Assembly (NCBI GenBank): GCA_963825525.1
Contig: CAWGTN010000002.1
Location: 1,120,001-1,184,000 of the forward strand
Direction of reading: 5' to 3'
DNA from: an uncultured Chloroflexia bacterium
Lineage (GTDB): Bacteria > Chloroflexota > Limnocylindria > QHBO01
DNA length: 64,000 bases
Positions 10,093 through 20,266 of the stretch are shown here, piece after piece. Below the pieces are notes generated by a model, which saw only the letters and a program-made list of their open reading frames with translations, was not told the DNA's origin and did not search any database. Positions within the stretch are counted from its first letter, which is position 1. Every line of letters starts with the position of its first letter. The position numbers were made by a program, and so were the translations under genes.

Positions 10093-11195
10093 CCCTGACC
10101 CGCGCTCGGCTCGATCGGACCCAGGGTCCGTGCCGTGGCGTTGACCGCCTCGATGACCGCGGAAACCTCGTCATCGGTCAGGCTGGGATGCACCGGGATC
10201 GACAGGACCTCCCCGGTCAGGCGATCGGTCACCGGGAGGTCGGCATCGCCATAGCCCATGGCGATGAACGGCTTCTGGCGATGAACCGGGATCGGGTAGT
10301 AGATGCCGCTTCCCACACCACGTTCGCGGAGCGCATCGGCAAACGCGTCGCGCTCACGCACGCGGATCGTGTACTGGTGATAGACGTGGGTCACGCCGGG
10401 TCGGGACCGCGGAACCGCCACGCCCTCGAGCTCGGCGTCGTAGCGTGCCGCGATCTGGCGGCGACGCTCGTTATTGGCGGGGAGCTTCTGGAGCTGGGCC
10501 AGGCCGATCGACGCGGCGATATCGGTCATTCGGAAGTTGTAGCCCACGATGTCGTGGTGATACCGGACATTCATGCCGTGCTCACGCAGCAGCCGGACGC
10601 GAGCGGCCAGCTCCGCGTCATCGGTCGTCATGGCCCCGCCCTCGCCGGTCGTCATGTTCTTGGTCGGGTAGAAGCTGAACGTGCCGGCGCCCCAGGTGCC
10701 GGACCGCCGGTCACCGATGGAGGCGCCATGGGCCTGGCAGGCGTCCTCGATCACCGCAAGGCCGTGGCGCTCGGCGATCTCGGCGATTGCCGTCATGTCG
10801 GCCGGCTGGCCGTACAGGCTGACCGGCATGATGGCCTTCGTGCGCGGCGTGATGGCGGCCTCGATGCGGGCGGGGTCGATGCAGAAGTCACGCTCGTCGA
10901 TGTCGACCAGTACCGGGCGCGCTCCGGTGTACAGGATGCTGTTCGCGCTCGCGATGAAGGTGAATGAGACGGTGATGACCTCGTCCTCGGCGCCGATGCC
11001 GTAGCCGAGCAGGGCAAGGTGGAGCGCCGTGGTCCCGGAGCTGGTCGCCACGGCGTGCTCGACGCCGATGTAGGCGGCGAAGGCCTCCTCGAACTCGCGT
11101 ACGCGAGGGCCCTGGGCCAGCGACCCGGAGTCCAGCGCCTGCCAGACTCGCTCCTTCTCTTCCTCCCCCATCTGGGGACGCGCGATCGGGATCAC
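10089..11195 (-). CDS. DegT/DnrJ/EryC1/StrS PLP aminotransferase (WbpE-like)
   Basis: SSGTTALHLAL, IEDACQAHGA, FSFYPTKNMTTGEGG, GYNFRM. Confidence 0.92.
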   Translation of the reverse strand: MIPIARPQMGEEEKERVWQALDSGSLAQGPRVREFEEAFAAYIGVEHAVATSSGTTALHLALLGYGIGAEDEVITVSFTFIASANSILYTGARPVLVDIDERDFCIDPARIEAAITPRTKAIMPVSLYGQPADMTAIAEIAERHGLAVIEDACQAHGASIGDRRSGTWGAGTFSFYPTKNMTTGEGGAMTTDDAELAARVRLLREHGMNVRYHHDIVGYNFRMTDIAASIGLAQLQKLPANNERRRQIAARYDAELEGVAVPRSRPGVTHVYHQYTIRVRERDAFADALRERGVGSGIYYPIPVHRQKPFIAMGYGDADLPVTDRLTGEVLSIPVHPSLTDDEVSAVIEAVNATARTLGPIEPSAGQG

Positions 11196-12301
11196 GTTGC
11201 GGTTGCCTCCTGGGCTGCGGGCGCGGTTCGATGATGGCGACGCTCGAGTGCGTCCACGATGCGGTCCGAGGCTCGGCCATCACCGTAGAGCGCGGGGCGT
11301 GGTCGTGAACGGTCCATGAATGCAGGATCGGCGAGGGCTGCTGCGAGCGCACGAGGGTCCGCGTCGACGACGCGGTTCCAGCCGGCGCGCACGGTCTCGA
11401 CCCATTCTGTTTCAGAGCGGAGCGTGATGCACGGCACGCCCGACAGGTAGGCCTCCTTCTGGACGCCACCGGAGTCGGTGGCGATGGCATGCGCTCGCGC
11501 CTCGAGCGCCACCATCTGAAGGTATCCGACCGGCTCGATCGGGATGACGTTGGCCGGCAGTGGACCCACCGTTGCGAGGAGCGCTCGCGTCCGCGGGTGC
11601 ACGGGAAAGATCACCGGCAGATCGATGGCCAGGCCCTCCAGGATCGGCGCGAAACGGCGAGGATCATCGACGTTCTCGGCGCGATGCATGGTGAGGAGCA
11701 CGAACCGGTCCAGGCCCCTGGCCACCTCGGGGAGATGGTCGTCCGAGCGGGCGGAGGCCCAGGCATGGGCGTCGACCATCACGTCTCCCACGAGCTCGGC
11801 GCGATCCTCGAGCCCCTCGCGACCGAGGTGCTCCATCGCCGTCTCGGTGGGCGCCAGGAGCACATCGGACAGGTGGTCGGCGACGATCCGATTCCGCTCC
11901 TCCGGCATCCGCGGATTGAACGAGCGCAGGCCGGCCTCGACGTGCGCCAGCCATGGCCGGCGATCGTCGGGGTACGCGAGCTTCGACGCGACGACCGCCG
12001 CGGCCAGCGTGGAGTTCGTGTCGCCGTAGACCATGACCCCATCCGGCTGATGCTCGAGCATGATCGGCTCGAGACGGCGCAACATCTCGCCCGTCATCAC
12101 GCCGTGGGTACCGCTGCCGACCTCCAGGTTGACGTCCGGCGCCGGAATCTCGAGGTCGCGGAAGAACGCGGCGCTCATGGCGTCGTCGTAGTGCTGGCCG
12201 GTGTGGACCAGGATCTCGGTGTGCCGAGCACGGAGCGCACGGCTGACGGGGGCCGCCTTGACGAACTGCGGCCGCGCGCCGACGACGGTGAGGACCCTCA
12301 C
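11192..12301 (-). CDS. wecB: UDP-N-acetylglucosamine 2-epimerase, non-hydrolysing (WecB/WbpI-like)
   Basis: VVGARPQFVK, HTGQHYD, YGDTNSTLA, HVEAGLRS, PEERNR, TDSGGVQKEA. GTG start overlaps the upstream stop. Confidence 0.92.
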   Translation of the reverse strand: MRVLTVVGARPQFVKAAPVSRALRARHTEILVHTGQHYDDAMSAAFFRDLEIPAPDVNLEVGSGTHGVMTGEMLRRLEPIMLEHQPDGVMVYGDTNSTLAAAVVASKLAYPDDRRPWLAHVEAGLRSFNPRMPEERNRIVADHLSDVLLAPTETAMEHLGREGLEDRAELVGDVMVDAHAWASARSDDHLPEVARGLDRFVLLTMHRAENVDDPRRFAPILEGLAIDLPVIFPVHPRTRALLATVGPLPANVIPIEPVGYLQMVALEARAHAIATDSGGVQKEAYLSGVPCITLRSETEWVETVRAGWNRVVDADPRALAAALADPAFMDRSRPRPALYGDGRASDRIVDALERRHHRTAPAAQEATAT

Positions 12302-12897
12302 CCGCCGCCCCGCGCTTCGATGGTTGCCCCGCAGCGTGGGCATGGCCCGCTGAACGGGACGCCGTCCTCATCATCTCGCAATGCCTGGCCGCAGCGGCAG
12401 GCCGTCCCCAGCCGCCGCGCCGGATTCCCGACGACCAGCTCGTGATCGGCGACGTCGCGCGTCACGACGCTGCCGGATCCGACCATGGCCCACGCGCCGA
12501 TCGTGACGCCGGGCAGGATCGTGCTGTTGGCGCCCAGGGCGGCACCGTGGCGGACGAGAATCGGCCCGACCACCCAGTCGTCGTCGGACTTCAGGCTTCC
12601 ATCGGCATTGATGGCGCGCGGCAGTCGATCATTGGTGAAGCAGACGTGCGGACCGATGAAGACGCCATCCTCGACGGTCACCCCGTGATAGAGGCTGACG
12701 TTGTTCTGCACCTTGCATCGGTCGCCGATGACGACGCCGGCGTCCACGTACACGTTCTTCCCGATGATGCAGTCGGCGCCGATCCGGGCGCGCTCGCGCA
12801 CCTGGGCCTGGTTCCAGATGCTCGTTCCCGGACCGATCATCGCGTCGGCCGACACGTCGGCCGTGGCGTGGACGCGCACGTTCGTACGCTCGGTCAT
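12298..12897 (-). CDS. Hexapeptide-repeat N-acetyltransferase (WbpD-like) with C-terminal Cys cluster
   Basis: Left-handed beta-helix repeats, KVQNNVSLY, FTNDRLPRA, VGNPAR, C-terminal CRCG...CPRCG; AAGGAG RBS. Confidence 0.9.
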   Translation of the reverse strand: MTERTNVRVHATADVSADAMIGPGTSIWNQAQVRERARIGADCIIGKNVYVDAGVVIGDRCKVQNNVSLYHGVTVEDGVFIGPHVCFTNDRLPRAINADGSLKSDDDWVVGPILVRHGAALGANSTILPGVTIGAWAMVGSGSVVTRDVADHELVVGNPARRLGTACRCGQALRDDEDGVPFSGPCPRCGATIEARGGG

Positions 12898-12933
12898 GTG
12901 ATCTCCTTGGGCGGCGCCCATTCTACTGTGGCG

Positions 12934-13788
12934 TCAGCCCTGGCTGAAGTCGAGCACCACGAGGAGTCGCTCGATCGTTGACATGTCGAATGCCGGACGC
13001 ACGAATGCGGTCTGGGTCAGGGCGTTCGGGTCCGGCTCGACCGCCTGGATCTGACCGATGAGGAGCCCACCCGGATATCGGCTCGACGCGTCGTCGAAGG
13101 TGAGGCCGGCGCTGACCACGCTGCCGCCGACCGGAAGCGCCTCGGTGATCGGCACATTGACCATGATGAGCTGTCCGCCCGGCTGCCCGCGGACCTCGCC
13201 CAGGGCGCGGGTCGACTGCTCGAGCGCGATGACGACCGAGCGGGTGTCGACCACCAGCTGGACCCGCGCCGTGTCGTCGGTGACGGCGACCACGGTCCCG
13301 GCCAGTGCCCCCGCGCCGTCGGCGTTCCCGACCACGGGCATGCCCACGCGCAGCCCGTCGCTCGAGCCGGCATCGATCCCCACCTCCCAGGCCAGGTTGG
13401 AGGGGTCCCGGCTGATGACCCGCACGGGCAGCAGGTCCATCTCGAGCGCCCGACCGATGCCGAGCAGCTGGCGAAGCTCGTTGTTCTCGCGGGATGCCTC
13501 CGTCAGCTCGGCGATCCGCTGCTCGGCGCCGGACAGCTCGCGACGCAACCGATCGTTCTCGGACCGCAGCCGGTCGATCTCACCGACGGCACCCACCAGC
13601 CCCGCCACGCCCTCGCCGATGCCGGTCAGGGTGCCGCGGACTGGATCGAGCGCGCGGGTGGTCGCGCGCTGGAGAGCCAGGGCGGGCTCGGTCGAGCTGG
13701 CGAGAAGCATCAGCAGGCTCGCGATCGTGAATCCGGCGAACCACAGTCCGCTCCGACGCCGCCGATTCGGGCTGGGTGGCCCGTACAT
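12934..13788 (-). CDS. mreC: Rod shape-determining protein MreC
   Basis: TM helix, coiled coil (LRSENDRLR...ENNELRQLL), IDAGSSDGLRVGMPV, YPGGLLIG; directly downstream of mreB. Confidence 0.92.
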   Translation of the reverse strand: MYGPPSPNRRRRSGLWFAGFTIASLLMLLASSTEPALALQRATTRALDPVRGTLTGIGEGVAGLVGAVGEIDRLRSENDRLRRELSGAEQRIAELTEASRENNELRQLLGIGRALEMDLLPVRVISRDPSNLAWEVGIDAGSSDGLRVGMPVVGNADGAGALAGTVVAVTDDTARVQLVVDTRSVVIALEQSTRALGEVRGQPGGQLIMVNVPITEALPVGGSVVSAGLTFDDASSRYPGGLLIGQIQAVEPDPNALTQTAFVRPAFDMSTIERLLVVLDFSQG

Positions 13789-13803
13789 CTCGCGCCGCCC
13801 GAA

Positions 13804-14862
13804 TCAGCGCGGCGCGCGCGTGAACTGCTCGCTGACCAGCACCCGCTCGAGCGTGTCGAGGTCCTCGAGCACCCGGCCGGTGCCGCGCACCACGCAGGTC
13901 AGCGGATCATCGGCGATGTGCACCGGCATCTGGGTCGACTCCGCCACCCGCTTGTCGAGCCCCACGAGCAGGGCACCGCCGCCGGCGAGCACGATTCCCT
14001 GGTCCATGATGTCGGCAACCAGCTCCGGCGGCGTCTCCTCGATCGTCTCCTTGATGGCCTCGATGATCTGGACGATCGATGGCTCGAGCGCCTCGCGGAT
14101 CTGGTCGCCGCCGACCTCGACGCTGCGCGGCAGGCCGGTGAGCAGGTCGCGGCCACGGAACGTGACGGTGTGCTCCGAATTCTCCTCGGGGTACGCGGAG
14201 CCGACGGCGATCTTGATGTCCTCGGCGGTCCGCTCACCCATCAGCAGGTTGTACTCGCGCCGGGCGAAGCTGACGATGTCGGTGTCCATCTCGTCGCCGC
14301 CGATGCGAATCGATCGGCTGACGACGATCCCACCCAGGCTGACGACGGCCACCTCGGTGGTTCCACCGCCGATGTCGACGATGAGGCTGCCGGACGGCTC
14401 GCTCACCGGGAGGCCGGCGCCGATGGCCGCCGCCATGGGCTCCTCGATGAGGCGCGCCCAGCGTGCGCCGGCATTGATCGTGGCGTCGCGGACCGCGCGC
14501 TTCTCGACCTCGGTCACGCCCGACGGGATGCCGACCAGGACGCGCGGCCGCGGGATGCGGGCGTATCGGTCGTGCACCTTGTTGATGAAGTACCGAATCA
14601 TCTGCTCGGTGACGTCGAAGTCGCTGATCACGCCGTCGCGCAGCGGCCGGATGGCCACGATGTTCGCCGGCGTCCGCCCCACCATGCGCTTGGCCTCGGC
14701 ACCGATGGCCAAGACGCGCTTCGAGCGAGTGTCCATGGCCACGACCGATGGCTCGCTGATGACGATCCCGCGGTTCCGGACGGTGACGAGCGTGTTCGCC
14801 GTCCCGAGGTCGATCCCGACGTCGTGGCTGAGGAGGCCGAGCAGGCCGTCGAAGAGTCCCAA
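13804..14862 (-). CDS. mreB: Rod shape-determining protein MreB
   Basis: GIDLGTANT, IRPLRDGVISDF, IEEPMAAAIGAG, VDIGGGTTEVA, LAGGGALL. TTG start with GAGAGGG upstream. Confidence 0.96.
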   Translation of the reverse strand: MGLFDGLLGLLSHDVGIDLGTANTLVTVRNRGIVISEPSVVAMDTRSKRVLAIGAEAKRMVGRTPANIVAIRPLRDGVISDFDVTEQMIRYFINKVHDRYARIPRPRVLVGIPSGVTEVEKRAVRDATINAGARWARLIEEPMAAAIGAGLPVSEPSGSLIVDIGGGTTEVAVVSLGGIVVSRSIRIGGDEMDTDIVSFARREYNLLMGERTAEDIKIAVGSAYPEENSEHTVTFRGRDLLTGLPRSVEVGGDQIREALEPSIVQIIEAIKETIEETPPELVADIMDQGIVLAGGGALLVGLDKRVAESTQMPVHIADDPLTCVVRGTGRVLEDLDTLERVLVSEQFTRAPR

Positions 14863-15025
14863 GGTCCCTCTCGTGATCGTTCGTTGCGGGCCCGTGGCAC
14901 GTCTGGGCGGCGCGATGGAATCCGATGGTGCGTCCGGGCACCCGCGGGCGCGGCGATACCCTACCACGCAGTCGGTGGCGGGCCAGCAGGACCTTCGTCG
15001 TGTGCGGCGATTCGGTGCGCCTCGA

Positions 15026-15046
15026 TTTGTGCTTCTCTTGGACAAA
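15026..15046. promoter_or_regulatory. Candidate ROK-repressor operator upstream of xylA (TTTGTGCTTCTCTTGGACAAA)
   Basis: AT-rich TTTGT-N11-ACAAA inverted repeat; 18/21 identical to the site at 22760-22780. Confidence 0.7.
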
Positions 15047-15120
15047 CAAGTCTGATACCGTCGGTCCAGAGCAGCGGCGGCGGCGCCATCGGCTCGTGAA
15101 CATCACGCAGGAGGCTCGGT

Positions 15121-16462
15121 GTGGCTGGCTTTTTCCCCGACGTCCCGGGACGCATTCCGTTCGGCGGCCTCGATGCGAGCGAGCCGCTCGCGTTCCGCGT
15201 GTACGAGCCGGACCGACTGGTGCGCGGCGTGCGGATGGAGGATCACCTCCGTATCGCCGTGTGCCTGTGGCACTCGTTCAACTGGCCCGGCTCCGACGTG
15301 TTCGGCACCGGAACCTTCGACCGCCCCTGGTTGGCGGCCGATGCGGACCCGATGCCGGCCGCGCACGACAAGCTCGAGGCTGCCTTCGAGTTCGTATCGG
15401 CGCTCGGCGTCCCCTTCTTCACGTTCCACGATCGCGACGTGGCACCCGAGGGCCGCGACTTTGCCGAGACGCGGGCGAATCTCGACGCGGTCGCGGCGGC
15501 CATGGAAGGCCACATGGAGCGCACCGGCCTCCGTCTCCTGTGGGGCACCGCCAACCTCTTCAGCCATCCCCGCTACGCCGCCGGCGCGGCAACCAACCCC
15601 GATCCCGAGGTCTTCGCCTACGCCGCGGCGCAGGTCAAGGTGATGCTCGAGACGACGCATCGGCTGGGCGGCGCGAACTACGTCCTGTGGGGAGGGCGCG
15701 AGGGCTACGAGACGCTCCTCAACACCGACCTCGGCCGCGAGGAGCAGCAGTTCGCGCGCTTCCTCAGCCTCGTGGCCGAGCACAAGCACCGCATCGGCTT
15801 CGAAGGGAGGCTCCTCCTCGAGCCGAAGCCGCAGGAGCCGACGAAGCACCAGTACGACTACGACTCGGCGACCGTCGACGGCTTCCTCCTGCGCCACGAC
15901 CTGGCCGGCGAGTACGGCGTGAACCTCGAGGCCAACCACGCCACCCTGGCCGGGCACTCGTTCCATCACGAGGTCGCGGTGGCGATCTCGCGCGGCATCT
16001 TCGGCAGCATCGATGCCAACCGCGGTGACCCCCAGAACGGCTGGGACACGGACCAGTTCCCGAACTCGGTGGACGAGCTCAGCCTTGCCCTGTACGAGAT
16101 CGTGCGGGCCGGAGGCTTCACGACCGGCGGCTTCAACTTCGACGCCAAGCTGCGCCGCCAGAGCATGGACCGCAACGACCTGTTCCACGCCCACATCGGC
16201 GGCATCGACACCCTGGCCCGGGCGCTGCTCGTCGCTGCCGACCTCATCGAGGCCGGAGACCTGGAGCGGTATCGGACCGAGCGCTACGCCGGCTGGGACG
16301 ACGGCCTCGGGGCCGATCTGCTGGGCGGCAGCCTGTCGCTGCCCGAGATCGAGGCGCGGGTCGTCGACGGCGGGATCGAGCCACGACCGCGTCTCGGGAG
16401 CGCAGGAGCGACTCGAGAACGTGGTGAACCAGCGCATCTGGGCGGTCGACCGGAAGCGCTGA
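15121..16462 (+). CDS. xylA: Xylose isomerase (class II); apparent +1 frameshift near 16390
   Basis: [54 protein letters not shown]. The conserved C-terminus [13 protein letters not shown] is in the next frame and ends at 16462. Confidence 0.95.
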
Positions 16463-16466
16463 GCCG

Positions 16467-17951
16467 ATGACCCTGCTGCTCGGCATCGACGTCTCGACCA
16501 CCGCCACCAAGGCGATCCTGGTGGGCGGAGACGGGGCGGTGCGCGGGATCGGCACGGCGGCCTACGACTACGACCGCCCACGCCCGGGTTGGAGCGAGCA
16601 GGACCCGGCCCTGTGGTGGGACGGCGCCACCGTGGCCATCCGGGCGGCGCTCCAGGACGCGCGGGCGAGCGGTGACGACATCGCCGCCGTCGGCCTCACC
16701 GGGCAGATGCATGGAGCCGTCCTGCTCGACGCAGCCGATACGCCGATCAGGCCCGCGATCCTGTGGAACGACCAGCGCACGAGCGTCGAGTGCGACGCGA
16801 TCCGCGACGCGGTCGGCCCTGACCGCCTGATCGAGGTCACCGGCAACGATGCACTCACCGGCTTCACCGCACCGAAGCTGCTCTGGGTGCGCCGCCATGA
16901 GCCCGATGCATGGCGTCGCGTGGCCCACCTGCTCCTGCCGAAGGACTACGTCCGACTGAAGCTGACCGGGGAGCGTGTCGTCGACAAGGCGGACGGCAGC
17001 GGAACGCTGCTGTTCGATCTCGCGCGCCGCGACTGGTCGGCGGAGGTCGTCTCAGCCCTCGGACTGGATCCGGCCATCCTGCCGCGGAGCGCGGAAGGCC
17101 CGGAATCGACCGGCGCCATCACCTCCGCCGCGGCCGAAGCCACCGGACTGCGAATCGGCACGCCCGTCGTCGCCGGAGGCGGCGACCAGGCAGCGAATGC
17201 GGTCGGGGTCGGCGCCCTCGACCCGGGTGTGGTCGCACTCTCGCTCGGCACATCCGGCGTCGTGTTCGCGGCAACCGACCGGCCGATCGTGGAGCCGCGG
17301 GGGCGGGTGCACGCCTTCTGTCATGCCGTACCCGACCGCTGGCACCTCATGTCGGTCATGCTCTCGGCCGCCGGAAGCCTGCGCTGGTTCCGCGACGCGA
17401 TGGCCCCCGGCACCCCGTTCGATGATCTCGTGGCCGAGGCGGATGGTGTTCCCGCCGGCAGCGACGGCCTCTGGTTCCTCCCCTATCTCACCGGGGAGCG
17501 GAGCCCGCATCCCGACCCCAATGCGCGCGGCGCGTTCATCGGCCTCACCGTTGCCCACGAGCGCCGGCACCTGACCCGGGCGGTGCTCGAAGGAGTTGCC
17601 CACGGCCTGCGCGACGGCCTCGACCTGATGGAGGATGCCGGCATGCCGCACCCCCACCAGATCCGGGCCTCGGGCGGCGGCCTGGCAAGCCGGCTGTGGC
17701 GCCAGATCCTGGCGGATGTGCTCGAGGTCGAGATTGCCGGGACGGGCACCGTCGAAGGGGCAGCATTCGGGGCTGCGTTGCTCGCGGCGCCGGCCGGGGG
17801 ACTGGCCAGCAGCGTTTCCGAGATCGTCGATCGCGTCACCGAGGTCCGGCCCTTGGCCGAGCCCGGACCGGCGGCCGCCGTCTATGCCGAACGACATGCC
17901 GTGTACCGCGAGCTCTACCCGGCGCTGGCGCCGCTCTTCTCGCGGATGTGA
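16467..17951 (+). CDS. xylB: Xylulokinase
   Basis: [48 protein letters not shown]; adjacent to xylA. Confidence 0.95.
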   Translation: MTLLLGIDVSTTATKAILVGGDGAVRGIGTAAYDYDRPRPGWSEQDPALWWDGATVAIRAALQDARASGDDIAAVGLTGQMHGAVLLDAADTPIRPAILWNDQRTSVECDAIRDAVGPDRLIEVTGNDALTGFTAPKLLWVRRHEPDAWRRVAHLLLPKDYVRLKLTGERVVDKADGSGTLLFDLARRDWSAEVVSALGLDPAILPRSAEGPESTGAITSAAAEATGLRIGTPVVAGGGDQAANAVGVGALDPGVVALSLGTSGVVFAATDRPIVEPRGRVHAFCHAVPDRWHLMSVMLSAAGSLRWFRDAMAPGTPFDDLVAEADGVPAGSDGLWFLPYLTGERSPHPDPNARGAFIGLTVAHERRHLTRAVLEGVAHGLRDGLDLMEDAGMPHPHQIRASGGGLASRLWRQILADVLEVEIAGTGTVEGAAFGAALLAAPAGGLASSVSEIVDRVTEVRPLAEPGPAAAVYAERHAVYRELYPALAPLFSRM

Positions 17952-17961
17952 CGTCGTCCCG

Positions 17962-18813
17962 TCAGTGCAGCGAGGCCAGCTCCTCGCTGGTGACCTCGTC
18001 GGGACGCTTGCCGAGGATGATCATGGCCAGCACCTGGTCCGTCGTCACGTCGGTCCGCTTGACGGTGCCGACGATCTCACCGTGGTGCATCACGCTGATG
18101 CGGTCCGAGAGATCGAACACGTCGTGGATGTCGTGGCTGATCAGGAAGATGCCGATCCCCTCCGCCTTCAGCTGTCGGATGAGCTCGCGGACCTGTGCCG
18201 TCTCGGCCGGTCCGAGGGCGGCGGTCGGCTCATCCATGATCAGGATCGTTGCGTTGAACTCGATGGCACGGGCGATGGCGACCGACTGTCGCTGGCCGCC
18301 CGATAGCGAGGCGACCGCCGTCTTGAAGTTCTTGAACCGGGGATTGAGCCGCTCCATGAGACTGCGTGTGGCCGATTCCATGGCCGCGTCGTCGAGCGTC
18401 CCGAAGCCGCTCACCTTCTCGCGGCCGAGGAACACGTTGGCCGGCGCGTCGAGGTTGTCGGCCAGTGCCAGTGTCTGGTAGATCGTCTCGATGCCATGCG
18501 CTCGCGCATCACGCGGGTTATGGATCGTGACCCTGTGGCCGTTGATGCGGATCTCGCCCGAGTCGGCAGGCTGCGCGCCCGACAGGACGCGCATGAGCGT
18601 CGACTTGCCGGCGCCGTTGCCGCCGACCAGGCCCATGACCTCGCCGGGGTACAGGTCGATGCTGACCCCATCGACGGCGTGAACGCCTCCGAACGAGACG
18701 CGGATATTCGTCAGCTCCACCATGGGCGTCGTGTCGGTCGCCGCGGCCGCGCGACTGGCCGCCCCGGGGTCGGGGGTGGTCTGCACTCCGGTGGGATCCG
18801 GTATGGCGGTCAT
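17962..18813 (-). CDS. Sugar ABC transporter ATP-binding protein (single NBD, XylG-like)
   Basis: Walker [30 protein letters not shown]. Confidence 0.92.
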   Translation of the reverse strand: MTAIPDPTGVQTTPDPGAASRAAAATDTTPMVELTNIRVSFGGVHAVDGVSIDLYPGEVMGLVGGNGAGKSTLMRVLSGAQPADSGEIRINGHRVTIHNPRDARAHGIETIYQTLALADNLDAPANVFLGREKVSGFGTLDDAAMESATRSLMERLNPRFKNFKTAVASLSGGQRQSVAIARAIEFNATILIMDEPTAALGPAETAQVRELIRQLKAEGIGIFLISHDIHDVFDLSDRISVMHHGEIVGTVKRTDVTTDQVLAMIILGKRPDEVTSEELASLH

Positions 18814-18831
18814 GCGTCTCCTCTCGGGTTC

Positions 18832-20178
18832 CTAGGTCGTCCGTCGCCGCAACAGGGCGTCGAGCCCCACCGCCGCCACGAGCACGATCCCCACCACGAT
18901 ATCCTGCATCGGCGAGTCGACACGCATGAGCACCATCCCCGAACGCAGGGATTGCATGACCACCGCGCCGAGGATGGCGCCGGGAATCGTGCCGACACCC
19001 CCGGTGAAGGATGTGCCGCCGATCACCGCGGCCGAGATCACGTCGAGCTCATTCTGGACCCCCAGGCCCGTCACCGCGGCATTGAGGCGAGCCGTCTGGA
19101 CCGCGGCGCTGACGGCGGCGAGGATGCCCATGACGACGAATGTGAGCATGACCGCGCGGCGGGTGTTGATCCCGCTCAGCTCGGCCGCGACCGGGTTGCC
19201 GCCGATCGCATACACATTGCGACCGAACCGACGCCGCTCGGCCAGGTGGGTCATGACAATGGCAACGGCGATCATGATGAGCACCGGATAGGCGATACCG
19301 GTGGGGATGATGAGCCCGCCCTCCGGGACCGGAATGTTGTTCTGCTCCGCGTATTGGGCCGCCAGCGCGCTCGGCCACGGATACGCGTTCGCCACCCACA
19401 CGCCGCCGAGCACCACGGCGATCCCGACTGCCCCGAGCACGATCATGGCCCAGGGCGGCCGCACCTGGAACCCGTACGCGGATCGCCTTCTGCGGTTGAG
19501 CAGCAGGCCGATGACGATGGCGACGCAGGCAACGCCGCCGAGTGCCCAGCTTCCGAACTCCCCAAGCGAGCCCTGCGGTCCCCCGCCCAGGAAACGGAAG
19601 GTGGTGTCGAGCGGGGCGATGGTCTGGCCCTGCGCGTACTGGAAGATGAGCCCGCGCCACACGAGCAAGCCGCCGAGGGTGACGATGAACGATGGGACTC
19701 CGCCATAGGCGATGACGAAGCCCTGGATGCCACCCAGCAGGGCGCCGAGCGCCAGGCCGAGCGCCAGGGTGATGATCCACGTCAGCGGATGCCCGAGGCC
19801 CAGGCCGAGTCCGTCCGGAATCCACTGCGTCTGGGCCATGGCCATCGTGTAGCCGGTGAACCCCAGCAATGCACCGACCGACAGGTCGATATTGCGCGAC
19901 ACGATGATGAGGACCATGCCGGTCGCCATGATCGCGATCGACGCGCTCTGCACCGAGAGATTCCACAGGTTGCGGGCCGAGAGGAACGTCCCGTCGGATG
20001 CGATGTTGAAGCCAATCCAGATGATCGCCAGGCCAGCCACGAGGCCGACCAGGCGGGTGTCGACATCGGCGGTGCGAATGATGCCGCCGACCACCTGCGG
20101 AACACGACGCAGCCATGCCACGAACGCCTGAAGCCGCTCCCCGATGGAGCGACGCTGGGCGGACGGTTCGTCAGACAT
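18832..20178 (-). CDS. xylH: Sugar ABC transporter permease (XylH-like)
   Basis: Multiple TMs; NIDLSVG, VPSFIVTLGG, GRNVYAIGGN, ELDVISAAVIGGTS. Confidence 0.88.
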   Translation of the reverse strand: MSDEPSAQRRSIGERLQAFVAWLRRVPQVVGGIIRTADVDTRLVGLVAGLAIIWIGFNIASDGTFLSARNLWNLSVQSASIAIMATGMVLIIVSRNIDLSVGALLGFTGYTMAMAQTQWIPDGLGLGLGHPLTWIITLALGLALGALLGGIQGFVIAYGGVPSFIVTLGGLLVWRGLIFQYAQGQTIAPLDTTFRFLGGGPQGSLGEFGSWALGGVACVAIVIGLLLNRRRRSAYGFQVRPPWAMIVLGAVGIAVVLGGVWVANAYPWPSALAAQYAEQNNIPVPEGGLIIPTGIAYPVLIMIAVAIVMTHLAERRRFGRNVYAIGGNPVAAELSGINTRRAVMLTFVVMGILAAVSAAVQTARLNAAVTGLGVQNELDVISAAVIGGTSFTGGVGTIPGAILGAVVMQSLRSGMVLMRVDSPMQDIVVGIVLVAAVGLDALLRRRTT

Positions 20179-20211
20179 GCAATGCCACCTCGCGGTAGGG
20201 AGCGGGGTAGT

Positions 20212-20244
20212 GCTCCGCGCCCGCCATGGCGGCGGGCGCGGAGC
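20212..20244 (-). terminator. Perfect 14-bp GC stem-loop between xylF and xylH (mRNA-stabilising or attenuating)
   Basis: GCTCCGCGCCCGCC-ATGGC-GGCGGGCGCGGAGC, 22 nt after the xylF stop; no U-tract. Confidence 0.65.
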
Positions 20245-20266
20245 GTGGGCTCAGCTCAGCGGCGGG

